A DNA stretch of 64,000 nt from positions 594,382-658,381 of the forward strand of contig CAVYOO010000003.1 of the NCBI GenBank assembly GCA_963770095.1. Direction: 5' to 3'. The notes beneath the pieces are model-generated. The model had not been told where the DNA came from. It made no database searches and was given only the letters and a program-made list of their open reading frames with translations. This DNA comes from an uncultured Acidimicrobiia bacterium. GTDB lineage: Bacteria > Actinomycetota > Acidimicrobiia > IMCC26256 > JAENVU01. Below are positions 48,582-59,298 of this stretch, piece by piece (position 1 is the first letter of the stretch; every line of letters starts with the position of its first letter). The translations under genes were made by a program, and so were the position numbers.

Positions 48582-49971
48582 TCAGGCGAGGGCGAGGATC
48601 TCGGCGAAGCCTTCGTCGAGGCAGCGCAGGAAGGTGTCGGAGTCGGGGACGGCCACCGAGTCGACGTTCACCCCGATGCAGCAGGTACCGGCGTTCGACA
48701 GCAGCGTGACGTTGATCGCGGCGCCGGCGAGTGGGGCAAACGCGTACATGCGTTCGAGTGCGGCGCCGGCCGAGAAGATCTCGAACGGCGCGCCCGGCAC
48801 GTTGCTCGTGATGAAGTCCGCGCCTTTCAACATTGATCCGAACACCGCGGTCGTGATGGTCGTGGGGAGCTGGTTGAGGATGCCGGCGAGTGCGTCCGTC
48901 AGCTGGACCGCCGGCTCGGCTCGGACCTCCCGAGTGAGCTTGCCGACCGCGACGATCCGATCGCTCGGGTCCTTGATCGTGAGCGGGACCAGGAAGCGGG
49001 CCGGCGTGAAGTGGTTGCCGCCGAGCGCAGCCCCGTTCTCCCGCAGGTTGATGGGCATCACCATGCGCAGGTCGTCGATGCTCGCGCCATGGAACTCGTG
49101 GTACCGCTGCATCCCGCCGAGCACCGCCGCGACGAACGCATCGTTCAACGACCCGCCGACCGTCTTCGCCGAAGCCTTGAGACCGTCGAGCGGGACATCG
49201 AGGGTGCCGAGCTGCCCGCAGGGTGCGCGAGCGCATGATCGGCGAGTGGGGGTCGGTAGCCGGCGCGAGGAACCGCACGATCGAACCCGCGGCACGCAGC
49301 GCTTCATGCAGGACACTGGCGGGATCGTTCATGACCGCACGCGCCACCTCGACCGAGTCGATCACCGTCCGGCGCACGATGCCGAGCGTGCGCCGCTGCC
49401 GGTGCCCGATCGCACCGAGCACGAGGTCCATCGGCGTGAAGATCCGGACGGCCTCGACCCGGTCGAGCGCGGCGGCCGGTTCGGGGTCGCGCTCGAAGTC
49501 GAACAGCATCAGGAGGAGCTTCATCCCGCCGACGCCGTCGGTCATCGAGTGGTGGACCTTCAGGATCATCGCCGACTTCCCGCCTTCGAGACCCTCCACG
49601 ATCGTGTACTCCCAGAGCGGTCGGGCGCGATCGAAGCCGGCCATCGCCGACGTTCGGGCCAGGTCCAGCACCGCGTCGAGGGTGGGTTCGCACGCCTTGA
49701 CCCGGCGCAGGTGGTAGCGGAGATCGAAGTTCGCGTCGCCGGACCACCGCGGCGGACCCATACGCAGCAACGGCGTTGCGACGCGCTGGCGCAGGCGCGG
49801 GATCAACCACGTCCCCCGTTCGATCTTGTCGACGAGCCGGTCCCAGTCGGGAGGCTGGTCGAGCAACAGCACGGTGACGATCGTCGAACGAAGGAGTGGA
49901 TCCTTCTCGATGTTCCACATCAGCGCGTCGGAGTCACTCATGTGAGTCTCGAAGCGCTCCGCTCCCGTCAT
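48582..49971 (-). CDS. Wax-ester synthase/diacylglycerol acyltransferase (WS/DGAT); frameshift at about 49215
   Basis: N-terminus with HHSMTDGVGG (HHxxxDG active site) in one frame. C-terminal 240 aa (...NDAFVAAVLGG...LTREVR...NVPG...) in the other (ORF 48582..49316). Combined length about 463 aa. Confidence 0.75.
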
Positions 49972-50738
49972 TGTTGATCACGCCCGCGTTCGACGATGCC
50001 CTCGCGCCGCCGTTCGATCTCGGACGGGTCGATGCGCCAGGCGCGGAAGTACTCCTGCTCCTGGTCGATGGCCGTCCCGACCGTGACCTTCGTGTTCGCG
50101 TCGTAGAGCTGCTTGAGGTTCCGCACTGCCGCTTGGTCGTTCCCGACGATGTCCGCAGCGAGGTTGCGCGCGGCAGGGAGAAGATCGTCGTGCGCGACGA
50201 CGTGGTTCACGAGCCCGCGCGCGAACGCCTCGTGCGCACCCATGAAGTTGCCACTGAGGCTCATCTCTTTCGCCTTGCGCACGCCGACGACCTGGGGGAG
50301 GAACACGCTCATCCCACCCGCCGGCATCACGCCGACGCGAGCGTGCGTGTCCGCGAACGCGGCCCGGTCGGACGCGATCAGGAAGTCGCACGCCAGTGCG
50401 AGCTCGAAGCCACCGGTGACGCACGGTCCGTTGATCGCGCCGATCACCGGCTTCGTCATCTTCCAGAGCGCGGCGAACGGTGAGATCGCCGCGTCGTCCG
50501 CCCCGCCGACGAGGTTGGAGGCATCCTTCCCGAGCTCGCGGAGATCCAGGCCTGCGCAGAAGGCCGGATCGGAACCGGTCAAGATCACCACGTCGACTCC
50601 GGGATCCGCATCGGCGGCCGACAGCGCCGCTCCGGCCTCACGCTGCAAGGCGACGCTCAATGCGTTGCGAGCTTCCGGCCGGTTCAGCGCGACGGTGCGA
50701 ACCCGGTCCTTCGTGTCGACCAGCACGAGCTCTGCCAT
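49968..50738 (-). CDS. Enoyl-CoA hydratase/isomerase (crotonase family)
   Basis: LNRPEARNAL...FCAGLDL...AINGPCVTGGFELALACD. Intact. Confidence 0.9.
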   Translation of the reverse strand: MAELVLVDTKDRVRTVALNRPEARNALSVALQREAGAALSAADADPGVDVVILTGSDPAFCAGLDLRELGKDASNLVGGADDAAISPFAALWKMTKPVIGAINGPCVTGGFELALACDFLIASDRAAFADTHARVGVMPAGGMSVFLPQVVGVRKAKEMSLSGNFMGAHEAFARGLVNHVVAHDDLLPAARNLAADIVGNDQAAVRNLKQLYDANTKVTVGTAIDQEQEYFRAWRIDPSEIERRREGIVERGRDQQ

Positions 50739-50753
50739 ACCCGACGGTAACGC

Positions 50754-51467
50754 TTATTCGATTCCGAACACCACGGTCACGTCCACGGTGAGCTCCTGGC
50801 TCCCGGCTTCGATCGGCACCTGCGAGGCCGCGACGTCGGCGGAGAAGAGCCGCTGAGCCCCCATCACGGAGGACCCCGGCCTCCGCTCGGTGATCTTCTC
50901 GACTTCACCGAGCCGGACGTCGGCGGCCCGGGCGAGCTGGCGGGCCTGCGCCCGCGCCCGTTTCACGGCGTCCGCACGGGCCGCGGCGACGAGCTTGCCG
51001 GTGTCCTCGATCGACAGGACGACGCCCTGTACCCGGATGTCGTCACCGGCTTGTGCGGCGGCGGCGTCGACCACGGACCCGGCGTTGGCCACATCGTGCA
51101 CCTTCGCGGTCACCAGGTTGGACACCGAGTAGCCGTCGACGTGCCCCTGACGGTCGAAGGTGGGGTTCAACGACAGCTGCGTGGTCTGGACGTCCTTCGG
51201 CGCGACCCCCGACGCCTTCAGGGCTGCGATGACCTTGGTGGACCGATCCGAGTTCTGCGCGAGCGCGGCCTGAGCGGACGCGGCGCGGCTCTCGACTCCG
51301 AGCGTGACGGTGAGCGTGTCGGGGATGCCTTCGACCTTCCCGGTTGCCGTGCCGGTGATCGTGCGGTTCACCTCGTCCGATGACGCCGACGCGCTCGGCG
51401 CGGCGCAACCGCCGAGCACACATGCTGCGGCAACGATCCCGATGATCAAGCTGCGTCCGTGGGTCAT
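50754..51467 (-). CDS. SIMPL/DUF541-domain lipoprotein
   Basis: Lipobox VLGGCA. TLTVTLGVESRA...SLNPTFDRQGHVDGYSVSN pattern of the SIMPL family. Confidence 0.7.
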   Translation of the reverse strand: MTHGRSLIIGIVAAACVLGGCAAPSASASSDEVNRTITGTATGKVEGIPDTLTVTLGVESRAASAQAALAQNSDRSTKVIAALKASGVAPKDVQTTQLSLNPTFDRQGHVDGYSVSNLVTAKVHDVANAGSVVDAAAAQAGDDIRVQGVVLSIEDTGKLVAAARADAVKRARAQARQLARAADVRLGEVEKITERRPGSSVMGAQRLFSADVAASQVPIEAGSQELTVDVTVVFGIE

Positions 51468-51580
51468 GTTCGTCTCCCTCTCGACGGACTCCCGTGACCG
51501 GGAGCGACGGTTGGACGTCGGCGGCGCGCTGGTAGGTTCCCGGACCGTGACGATTCCTCCGGGCGCGCGGCGACGGCTAC

Positions 51581-52444
51581 GTGGTCACGAACGGCATCCG
51601 GATGTACTTCGTCGAGCAGGGAACCGGACCGCTGGTGCTGCTGTGTCACGGGTTCCCGGAGCTCTGGTACTCGTGGCGCTTCCAGCTCCAGCCGCTCGCG
51701 GACGCGGGGTTCCACGTCGTCGCCGTGGACATGCCCGGGTACGGTCGCTCCGACAAGCCCGACGTGCACTACGACATGGAATGGGTCAACGTGTGCTCGC
51801 CGGTGTGATCACCGGGTTGGGTCACGAGCGTGCGGTCCTCGCCGGCCACGACTGGGGCGGTCTTCTGGTCTGGCCGTTCGCGCGGCGCCATCCCGAGCTG
51901 ACGGCCGGGGTGATCGGGGTCAACACACCGGATCTTCCACGAACGCCCATCCCGTTCGTCGAGATGCTGCGCAACATCTTCCCGGACGAGCCGCCGTACA
52001 TCGTGCAGTTCCAGGAGCCCGGGGTGGCCGAGTGGGTGCTGTCGTGGGGTCGCGGCGCGATCGACTTCCTCGAGCTGATGCTGCGCGGGCTCGTCACGGT
52101 GAACAAGGACGCGTTCCCGGACGACGTGCTCGCGGTGTACGCCGACGCGCTCAGCCCCCGCGGCCGCGTTCACGCCGCCCCTCGAGTACTACCGGAACCT
52201 CGATCGCTCTTGGCACCTGACCGCGGATCTGGCCGACCTCACGATCGACGTCCCCTGCCTGATGATCAGCGCGGAGAACGACCCGGTCACGACGCCGGCA
52301 ATGGCGGAGGGCATGGAGGCCCGGGTGCCCGATCTCGAGAAGGTCGTCATCCCCAATTGCGGCCACTTCACCCAACAGGAGCGGCCTGCGGAGACCACGT
52401 CGGCCATGCTCGGCTACCTCCGCCGGCTCGATCCCTGGCCGTGA
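51581..52444 (+). CDS. Alpha/beta hydrolase (epoxide hydrolase/haloalkane dehalogenase-like); two frameshifts at about 51785 and about 52190
   Basis: LLCHGFPELWYSWRFQ (HGxP plus W), then AVLAGHDWGGLLVW (nucleophile Asp), then ...LEYYRNLDRSW...VIPNCGHFTQQERP (His) spread over three frames. Confidence 0.7.
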
Positions 52445-52500
52445 CCGGTCCGACCGGTTCTTGCCCGTAGGTCCGGATCTGTTCCAAAGTTGTCGCCGGC

Positions 52501-53127
52501 ATGCAATCGACACCGTCCGACTCCGGCCCAGCAGGGGCGGGTACGGACCCTTGGCTCGACCCGCGCCGTGACTTCAGCGGTGAAACCTCGGGCGACACCG
52601 TCCTCGAGCCGAGCGAGCATCCTGGTACCCCGACGGTCGTCCTGCGGGCGCGTCTCCTATGGCGCCTTTCCGTGCTCGGGCTCCCGATCCTCGGCGCGGC
52701 GGTGGTCGCGTCCGGGCGCTGGTCCGGCATCGCCCTGCTCGCCGTCGCCGTCCCGTTCGCGCCGGCGCTCTGGATCCGCATCGAGCTGGGCGAGGCGTCG
52801 ATCCGGCGCCGCGACTGGCGCGGGCGGAAGTCCACGGTGACATTCGACTCCGTGGACGCGCTGCGCTTGCGGCGCGTTCCGTTCGCGGCGTTGAGCTGGT
52901 TGCCGCGCGGCTATCGACTGGGGCGATTTTGGTCCGTGCCACTCACGCTCCGGTTGCAGCACGGGGAGAACGTGTCCTTCGAGATGCGCTGCGTATGGTG
53001 GGACGGGTGGCGGAACGTCGCTCGCTACGTTGCCGCCCGGCCCGGCATCGATCTCGACGCACGGACTCGTGGACGGCTCGGGCGCTACGTGGGCCCGATC
53101 GCGTTCGCGTCGGCCGACCAGCCGTAG
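52501..53127 (+). CDS. Hypothetical membrane protein (PH-like)
   Basis: Two TM helices (LSVLGLPILGAAVVASG/WSGIALLAVAVPFAPALW) then a soluble domain. High GC3. Confidence 0.4.
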   Translation: MQSTPSDSGPAGAGTDPWLDPRRDFSGETSGDTVLEPSEHPGTPTVVLRARLLWRLSVLGLPILGAAVVASGRWSGIALLAVAVPFAPALWIRIELGEASIRRRDWRGRKSTVTFDSVDALRLRRVPFAALSWLPRGYRLGRFWSVPLTLRLQHGENVSFEMRCVWWDGWRNVARYVAARPGIDLDARTRGRLGRYVGPIAFASADQP

Positions 53128-54154
53128 ACGCGGACCGGCGTGTCCCACAGGACGGTCGCGGCGTCGGCTTCGGTGAGCCCGTGCTCGGCCGATTCGCGCA
53201 GGAAGCTGGTGACGGCCTCAGGGTAGAGCGCGTCCGGATGCGGGAAGTCGGACGCCCACATGACGTGGTCCGCGCCGACCTGGGTGACGACCCACGCCGC
53301 GAGCGGGTCGTCGGGGTCCGTGCAGATCGCGCACTGCCGCTCGAAGTACTCCGACGGCGCCAGGCTCAGGTCGCGGGTCTCTGAATCGGCCATCCATTCG
53401 GCGTGGCTGTCGAGGCGGGACAACCAGTAAGGGAGCCAGCCGGTGCCCGACTCGAGGAACGCGACGAGAAGCGACGGGTGGCGTTCGAGCGCACCCAGCA
53501 GCAGCAGGCTCCCCATCGCGGCCATCTGCTCCATCGGATGGCTCATGGCGTGGCGCAACGCGAAGGTCTCGGACCGGTCGCGGCCGATGGTGGGGCCTCG
53601 CACGCCGAGACCCTCGTGCACGGACAACGTGAGCTCGCGCGCCTCGAGCACGTCGTAGAGCGGGTCGTACTCCCGTTCGCCGAGGTCGCGGCCGTAGAGC
53701 GGATTGGGCCGCACCATCACACCCGGTAGTCCCAAGCCGGCTGCGTGCTCGGCCTCGCGCGCCGCGAGCCCGGGATCGACGGTGGGGACGAGCGCCATGC
53801 CCGTCATCCGTGTCGTGTCAGTCGCGCAGTACTCGGCGATCCACTCGTTGTACGCGTGCGGCACGCGCCGGCCGACGCTTCGGCGGACAGCGACGGGAGG
53901 AACGGAACGAACAACCCGATGGAGGGGTAGAGCACCACCGCGTCGATGCCCTCCCGATCCATGCAGCGGAGGTACTCCCGGGCGGAGCAGCCGTCGGCGA
54001 GGAAGTCGGCGAGGACCGCGGGATCGCCGCACGGGATCATCGGCGTCGTCGGGGGCAGGTCGATGACGTTCAGGCCCGCCCCGATGGCGCCGAAGAGTCC
54101 GGGCGGCTCGATGACGTGTGCGTCCGCATCGAGGATCCGCAGCCCGTCGCGCAT
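53085..54154 (-). CDS. Amidohydrolase-2 family (TIM-barrel metal-dependent hydrolase/decarboxylase); frameshift at about 53885
   Basis: N-terminus LRILDADAHVIEPP (HxH metal site) in one frame. Remainder (AYNEWIAEYCA...SVHEG...ASDFPHPD) in ORF 53085..54032. Confidence 0.7.
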
Positions 54155-54161
54155 CGCCGGC

Positions 54162-54932
54162 TCAGGCTCTCCGGGCCGCGAGCCCGCCGTCGAGCGGGAT
54201 GGTGGTCCCGCTGATGTACGCCGAGTCGTCCGTGGCCAGGAACATGATCGTCTCGACCACGTCCACCTCGGTGCCGAGCCGACCCATCGGCGTGCGCGAC
54301 GCGACCATCTGCTTGATCGACTCGGGGTCCGGCGCCTTCGAGACCATCTCGAGGAACAGCCCCGTCTCGCACGCGCTGGGCGAGACCACGTTGACCCGCA
54401 CGCCGTCGGCCGCGTGCTCGATGGCGGCCTGCTTGGCCAGGTTCACCAGCGCACCCTTCGAAGCGCAGTACGCCGCGTAGCCGGGTGAGCCGATCGCACC
54501 GAGGATCGAACCGAGCAGGATCACCGAGCCGCCACCCGTGCCCACGATCGGCGGGAGCCCGTGCTTCATGCACAGGAACGGACCCTTGAGGTTCACGTCG
54601 AGGACCTGTCGCCACGCGGCGTCGGTCGTGTCGATCACGGACGCGCGGGTCTCGACCGCGGCACTGCAGACGAGCACGTCGAGCCGGCCGTGCTGCTCCA
54701 CGATCGCCTCGAACATCGCGGCAACCTCACCCTCATGGGTGACGTCGACCGTGCTCGGTTCGGCATCCCCACCCGCGTCGGCGATGGCGATCGCGACGCG
54801 TCGGGCTTCGTCCTCGTCGATGTCCGCCACGATCACCGTGGCGGACTCGCTCGCGAGCCGCTGGGCGGCCGCGGCGCCGAGCCCGGATCCACCACCGGTG
54901 ACGACCGCGACCTTGCCGGCGAGACGTCTCAT
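54162..54932 (-). CDS. SDR-family oxidoreductase
   Basis: VVTGGGSGLGAA, CSAAV, YCASKGA. ATG overlaps the stop of the upstream SDR (ATGA). Confidence 0.85.
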   Translation of the reverse strand: MRRLAGKVAVVTGGGSGLGAAAAQRLASESATVIVADIDEDEARRVAIAIADAGGDAEPSTVDVTHEGEVAAMFEAIVEQHGRLDVLVCSAAVETRASVIDTTDAAWRQVLDVNLKGPFLCMKHGLPPIVGTGGGSVILLGSILGAIGSPGYAAYCASKGALVNLAKQAAIEHAADGVRVNVVSPSACETGLFLEMVSKAPDPESIKQMVASRTPMGRLGTEVDVVETIMFLATDDSAYISGTTIPLDGGLAARRA

Positions 54933-55693
54933 CGCAGTGCCGCCAGCCCACCGTCCGCGGGGATGACCGCGCCGGTCGTGTACGCGGAGAGGTCCGATGC
55001 CAGAAACAGCGCGATGCCGGCGACGTCCTCCGCGGTGCCGAGCCGGTGCAGGGGGATCGTCTGCTCGAGATCGGGCAGGAAGTTCACCGGCATCGTCTCG
55101 GCGACCTTCCGGAATCGTGGCGTGTCGATCGAGCCGGGCGCGATGACGTTCGCCCGCACCGCGGGCCCGTACTCCGTGGCGATCTGGCGCATGAGCGCGA
55201 CCAGCCCCGCCTTCGCCGGGCCGTACGCCGCGTAGCCCTCGGACCCGATCAGGCCGAGCACCGACGCCGTGCTGATGATGCTGGCGTTCCCGGTCTCGAT
55301 GAGGTGGGGGAGCGCGGCGCGACACGCCCAGAACACGGCGTCGAGGTTCGTCGCCATCGTGAGATCCCAGTCGTCCTCGCTCGTGTCGACGAGGCGGCCC
55401 GACATCTGGACCGCCGCGTTGTTGTAGAGGATGTCGAGCCGCCCGAAGTGGTTGATCGCCATCTGGACCATCGCGTCGCAGTCCATTCGCTGGGAGATGT
55501 CGGCGTGCACCCCGATGCCGCTGCTCCCGGCCGCGTCCACCCGCGCGATGGTCTCGCCCGCGCCGTCGTCGTCGAGATCGGCGACCACGACTCGCGCGCC
55601 CTGATACGCGAAGAGAACGGACGCGGCGCGGCCCTGACCCGACGCGCCCCCCGTGATCAGCGCGACCCGTCCATCCAACAGTCCCCCGGACAC
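54929..55693 (-). CDS. SDR-family oxidoreductase
   Basis: LITGGASGQGRA, NNAAV, YGPAKAG. Confidence 0.85.
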   Translation of the reverse strand: MSGGLLDGRVALITGGASGQGRAASVLFAYQGARVVVADLDDDGAGETIARVDAAGSSGIGVHADISQRMDCDAMVQMAINHFGRLDILYNNAAVQMSGRLVDTSEDDWDLTMATNLDAVFWACRAALPHLIETGNASIISTASVLGLIGSEGYAAYGPAKAGLVALMRQIATEYGPAVRANVIAPGSIDTPRFRKVAETMPVNFLPDLEQTIPLHRLGTAEDVAGIALFLASDLSAYTTGAVIPADGGLAALR

Positions 55694-55731
55694 GGCCCGA
55701 CAGTACGCCGGTCGCCGTAGGCTGCGCGCTC

Positions 55732-56517
55732 ATGTCGATTCCCGAGAGCGTCTACCTCCCCGATGGCGACGGGTTCTTCGCGACCGACCTCGCTCGGGGC
55801 CCGTGGGATCCGGACGCCCAGCACGGCGGCGCACCAGCCGCGTTGTTGGCGCGGGCGATCGAGCGCCACGACCCCGGCCCGCCGATGCACATCGCCCGGC
55901 TGACGATCGAGCTGCTCCGCCCGGTGCCGCTCGGGCGCATCGACGTCGTGACCCGCACCATCCGGCCGGGCAAGAAGGTGCAGCTGATCGAGTCGACGTT
56001 GCTCGCGAGCGGAACCGAGGTCGCGCGCGCCACGGGTCTCCGGATCCGGGTGAAGGAGCTCGACCTCCCCGTCGAGACCCTGGTCACGGATCAGCTCCCG
56101 ATGGGTTCGACCGTGGAGAGGTTCGCGTTCGAGCGCGTCGGGCCGGTGATGTTCGGCGCTGCGATGGAGTTCCGGCCCGCGCGCGGGCGCATCGACGACC
56201 TGGGGAGCGCGGCCATCTGGTTCCGGCTCCGCGCGCCCATGGTCGCCGGGGAGGAGAACTCGCCGCTCGTGCGCGTCGCGGCCGCCGCGGACTTCGGCAA
56301 CGGCGTGAGCTCGGTGGTGAGCTGGAACTCGGGCTGGATGTTCATCAATCCCGACCTCACGATCACGCTCAGCCGCTACCCGACCGGCGAGTGGGTCGGG
56401 CTCGACGCCGTCACCTACCCGTCCGACGACGGAGTCGGGTTCGCCGAGTCGGCGCTGTACGACGAGGACGGGCGCATCGGCCGCTCGGTCCAGAGCCTGC
56501 TCTTCGACACGATGTAG
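55732..56517 (+). CDS. Acyl-CoA thioesterase (TesB-like double hotdog)
   Basis: ARGPWDPDAQHGGAPAALLARAIE...MHIARLTIELLRPVP and second half WFRLRAP...PDLTITLSRYPTGEWVGL. Confidence 0.75.
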   Translation: MSIPESVYLPDGDGFFATDLARGPWDPDAQHGGAPAALLARAIERHDPGPPMHIARLTIELLRPVPLGRIDVVTRTIRPGKKVQLIESTLLASGTEVARATGLRIRVKELDLPVETLVTDQLPMGSTVERFAFERVGPVMFGAAMEFRPARGRIDDLGSAAIWFRLRAPMVAGEENSPLVRVAAAADFGNGVSSVVSWNSGWMFINPDLTITLSRYPTGEWVGLDAVTYPSDDGVGFAESALYDEDGRIGRSVQSLLFDTM

Positions 56518-56534
56518 CCCTGCCTCCCGCGCGG

Positions 56535-57757
56535 TCATGTGAGCTCGGTTCGGTCGGGGCGGATGACGCGGAGGTCGCGGCCGTCGAACTCGACGATCCA
56601 GTCGGGTTGGTGGATGACGTGGTGGTGGTGGTCGCAGAACAGGATGAGGTGGTCGAGGTCGGTGGGCCCGCCGTGGTGCCATGGGGTGGTGTGATGGGCT
56701 TCGCACCAGCCGGGTGGTCGGTCACAGCCGGGGAATCGGCAGCCCTGGTCGCGGGCGATGATCGCTCGCCGTTGGGCGGGGGTCGGGGTGCGCCGACTCC
56801 GACCCACATTCAGGGGTCGGGAATCGGGGCCGGTGACGACCCGGCTGATCGAGCTGTCACAGAGGAGCCGGTCGATGGCGTGGGGGTGGATGGGGCCGGT
56901 GAACTGGCCGTCGAGGCGCCCGAGCCGGCCTTGGGTGAGGGTGGCCCAGTCGATGACGACAGTGACCTGGGTTTGGGGTCGTTGCTGGTCGTGGAGGTGC
57001 GCGAGCGCGACGTCCGAGATCCGTACGAGGGCGTCGGCGTAGCGCTGTGCCGTGGTGCGCGGGTCGTCGACCCTCGGTGGGTCGACGTAGGCGTGGAGGG
57101 CGGTGACGACTTTCTCGGCGCCGAGGTCGGAGAGGTCTCGGCGGAGAGCACGACGCGCCCGGCGAAGGTCTTCGAGACGTGCAGGCCGTCGCGGTCGCCG
57201 GGTGCGGTCCCATCGGCGGTGGCGAGGTTCCGGAAATGCGCCGCCGCGCGGCGCAACGACCGCAGGTCGCCGCGGCGGGCGAGGGTGAGGAGCTCGGGTT
57301 CGCAGGCGACGAGGGTGTCGTCGTGACCCGCGACTTGGGCGGCGACGATGGTGCGGGTCGCGCCGGTGGAGATCTCCCCGGCCCGCCACGCCCGTCCCGT
57401 CTCGGCGAGCAGCTCGCAGACCTCACCACATTCGATCGCGGCTTTCGCGTCGCCTTCACGCATCCCGGCCCGGTGCCGTAGCCACGACGCGGTCGACGCC
57501 GCCCCATCGGTCGAACCCACCCCCCGGACATGAGCGGCATGGGCCAGGCGAGCGAACACCGCCTCCTGACGGTCCATCTCCCTGCGCAACGCGATCAACT
57601 CCGCCGCGAGCCCACCATCCGACAACTCGACCGGATCAACCTCGCGCGAGGTCGTCCACGACGCCGCGCAACCGGTCGACCGGACGCGCCACCGGGTACG
57701 AAACACCAACCGACACCGTTCACTCCCCACAGCTCGAACCCGTGACGCGGACTGCAC
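56535..57757 (-). mobile_element. DUF222 ('13E12-repeat') HNH endonuclease gene; frameshift at about 57150. Selfish/mobile-type gene
   Basis: N-terminal DUF222 region (LSDGGLAAELIALRREMDRQEAVFARLAHAA...RDGLHVSKTF) in ORF 56810..57757. C-terminal part with HNH motif (CRFPGCDRPPGWCEAHHTTPWHHGGPTDLDHLILFCDHHHHVIH) in ORF 56535..57389. Start approximate. Confidence 0.65.
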
Positions 57758-57846
57758 CGCGGGCCGTGCGACGGGGGAAGCGTCGGGAAGGTCCCATCAC
57801 CCTACACGAACATACGTTCGCATTTCAAGCGGACCCGAGAAACACG

Positions 57847-57885
57847 TTGACTCCGCTAATCCGGATATTTATTATCCGGATAATG
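57847..57885 (+). promoter_or_regulatory. Sigma-A-type promoter (-35 TTGACT 57847-52, 17-nt spacer, -10 TATTAT 57870-75) overlapped by palindromic operator ATCCGGATA-N5-TATCCGGAT; leaderless ATG at 57883
   Basis: AT-rich island in a GC-rich background. Perfect -35. Inverted repeat spans -10, predicted TSS and start codon. Confidence 0.5.
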
Positions 57886-58371
57886 AAGCTCTCCGAAGGG
57901 GTCGAGTGGGGACTCCACTGCGGGGTCCTGCTGGGGTTCCTGGGGCCGGAGGCGTCGCTGCCGACCGCTCGCCTGGCCGAGTACCACGGGGTCCCGGCCG
58001 CCTACCTGGCCAAGCACCTCCAGGCCATGAGCCGGGCCGGGCTGCTGGCGTCGGTGCCGGGCCCCAAGGGCGGGTACCGGCTGGCCCGGCCGGCGGCGGA
58101 CATCAATGTGCTCGAGGTCGTCGAAGCGATCGACGGCCGGGAATCGGCGTTCCGGTGTGCGGAGATCCGTCGCCGGGGGCCCGCCGCCCGTCCGGCGCGT
58201 GAGTACCGCGTGCCGTGCGCGATCCACACCGTGATGAACCGGGCCGACGAGGCGTGGCGCGACGAGCTCGGAGCGGTGTCGCTCGCGGACCTCATGCAAG
58301 AAGTTGTTGCCGGCGCGTCACCCAAGGGCCTGGAACAAGGCGTCAGTTGGATGCAGGAGGTATTGGGATGA
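57883..58371 (+). CDS. Rrf2-family transcriptional regulator (no Cys cluster; non-Fe-S type)
   Basis: MKLSEGVEWGLHCGVLLG...LPTARLAEYHGVPAAYLAKHLQAMSRAGLLASVPGPKGGYRLARPAADINVLEVVEAIDG is a wHTH Rrf2 signature. Confidence 0.85.
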   Translation: MKLSEGVEWGLHCGVLLGFLGPEASLPTARLAEYHGVPAAYLAKHLQAMSRAGLLASVPGPKGGYRLARPAADINVLEVVEAIDGRESAFRCAEIRRRGPAARPAREYRVPCAIHTVMNRADEAWRDELGAVSLADLMQEVVAGASPKGLEQGVSWMQEVLG

Positions 58372-59298
58372 AGGTGTTCGTGACGGGCGCGACCGGAGTC
58401 GTGGGGACCCCGACCGTGGCGAAGCTCGTGGAGGCCGGCCACGAAGTGCGCGACGATCGCGCGCCGGGAGGAGGCCGCGCAGAGGTTGAAGGCGGCCGGC
58501 GCCGAGCCCGTGACCGTCGATCTCTTCGACGCCGCCGGGATCAGCGCAGCCGTCGCGGGGACGGACGCCATCGCGCATCTCGCGACCAACGTGCCCCCGT
58601 TCCCGCAGCTGGTGCGTACCAAGGCCTGGGCGACGCACAACCGGATCCGGACCGAGGGCACCCGCAACCTGGTCGACGCGGCGCGCGCGAACGGCATTGG
58701 CCGCATCCTGAAGGAGTCGATCACGTTCGTCTACGCCGACGGTGGGGACGCGTGGCTCGACGAGACCGCGCCGATCATCGCCCAGCTCGGGCTGATGGCG
58801 CCGACGATCGACGGGGAGAAGATCGCCCTCGAGCTCGGCGAAGACGGTGGCGCGGCGGTCGTGCTCCGCTTCGGGCTCTTCTACGGCGGCGCCAACCGCG
58901 GCACCGACGAGATGCTCCGGCTCGCGCGCTGGCGCGCGTCGATGGTGGCGGGCAAGGGCAGCTCGTTCATGAGCTCGATCCACGCCGAGGATGTCGCGAC
59001 CGCGGTCGTGGCCGCGTTGGACGCGCCCACCGGGATCTACAACGTCTGCGACGACGAGCCCCTCACCCGCCGCGACGCGCTCGACGCGTTCTCCGCCGCG
59101 TTCGACGTCGGTCGGTTGCGCACGAACCCGACCTGGATCATGAAGCTGTTGGCCGGTCCGGCCGCGGCATCGCTCATCGCGTCGCAGCGGGTCTCGAACC
59201 GGAAGTTCCGCGACGCGACCGGGTGGTCACCGATGTATCCGAGCCTGCGCGAAGGCTGGAAGGCCGAACGCACGAAACGGGAGCTGAACCATGCGTGA
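58368..59298 (+). CDS. NAD(P)-binding NmrA-like/atypical SDR epimerase-dehydratase family protein; frameshift at about 58447
   Basis: ATG overlaps the Rrf2 stop (ATGA). MKVFVTGATGVVGTPTVAKLVEAGHEV then +1 frame ARREEAAQRLKAAGAEPVTVDLFD... (ORF 58486..59298). Confidence 0.7.
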
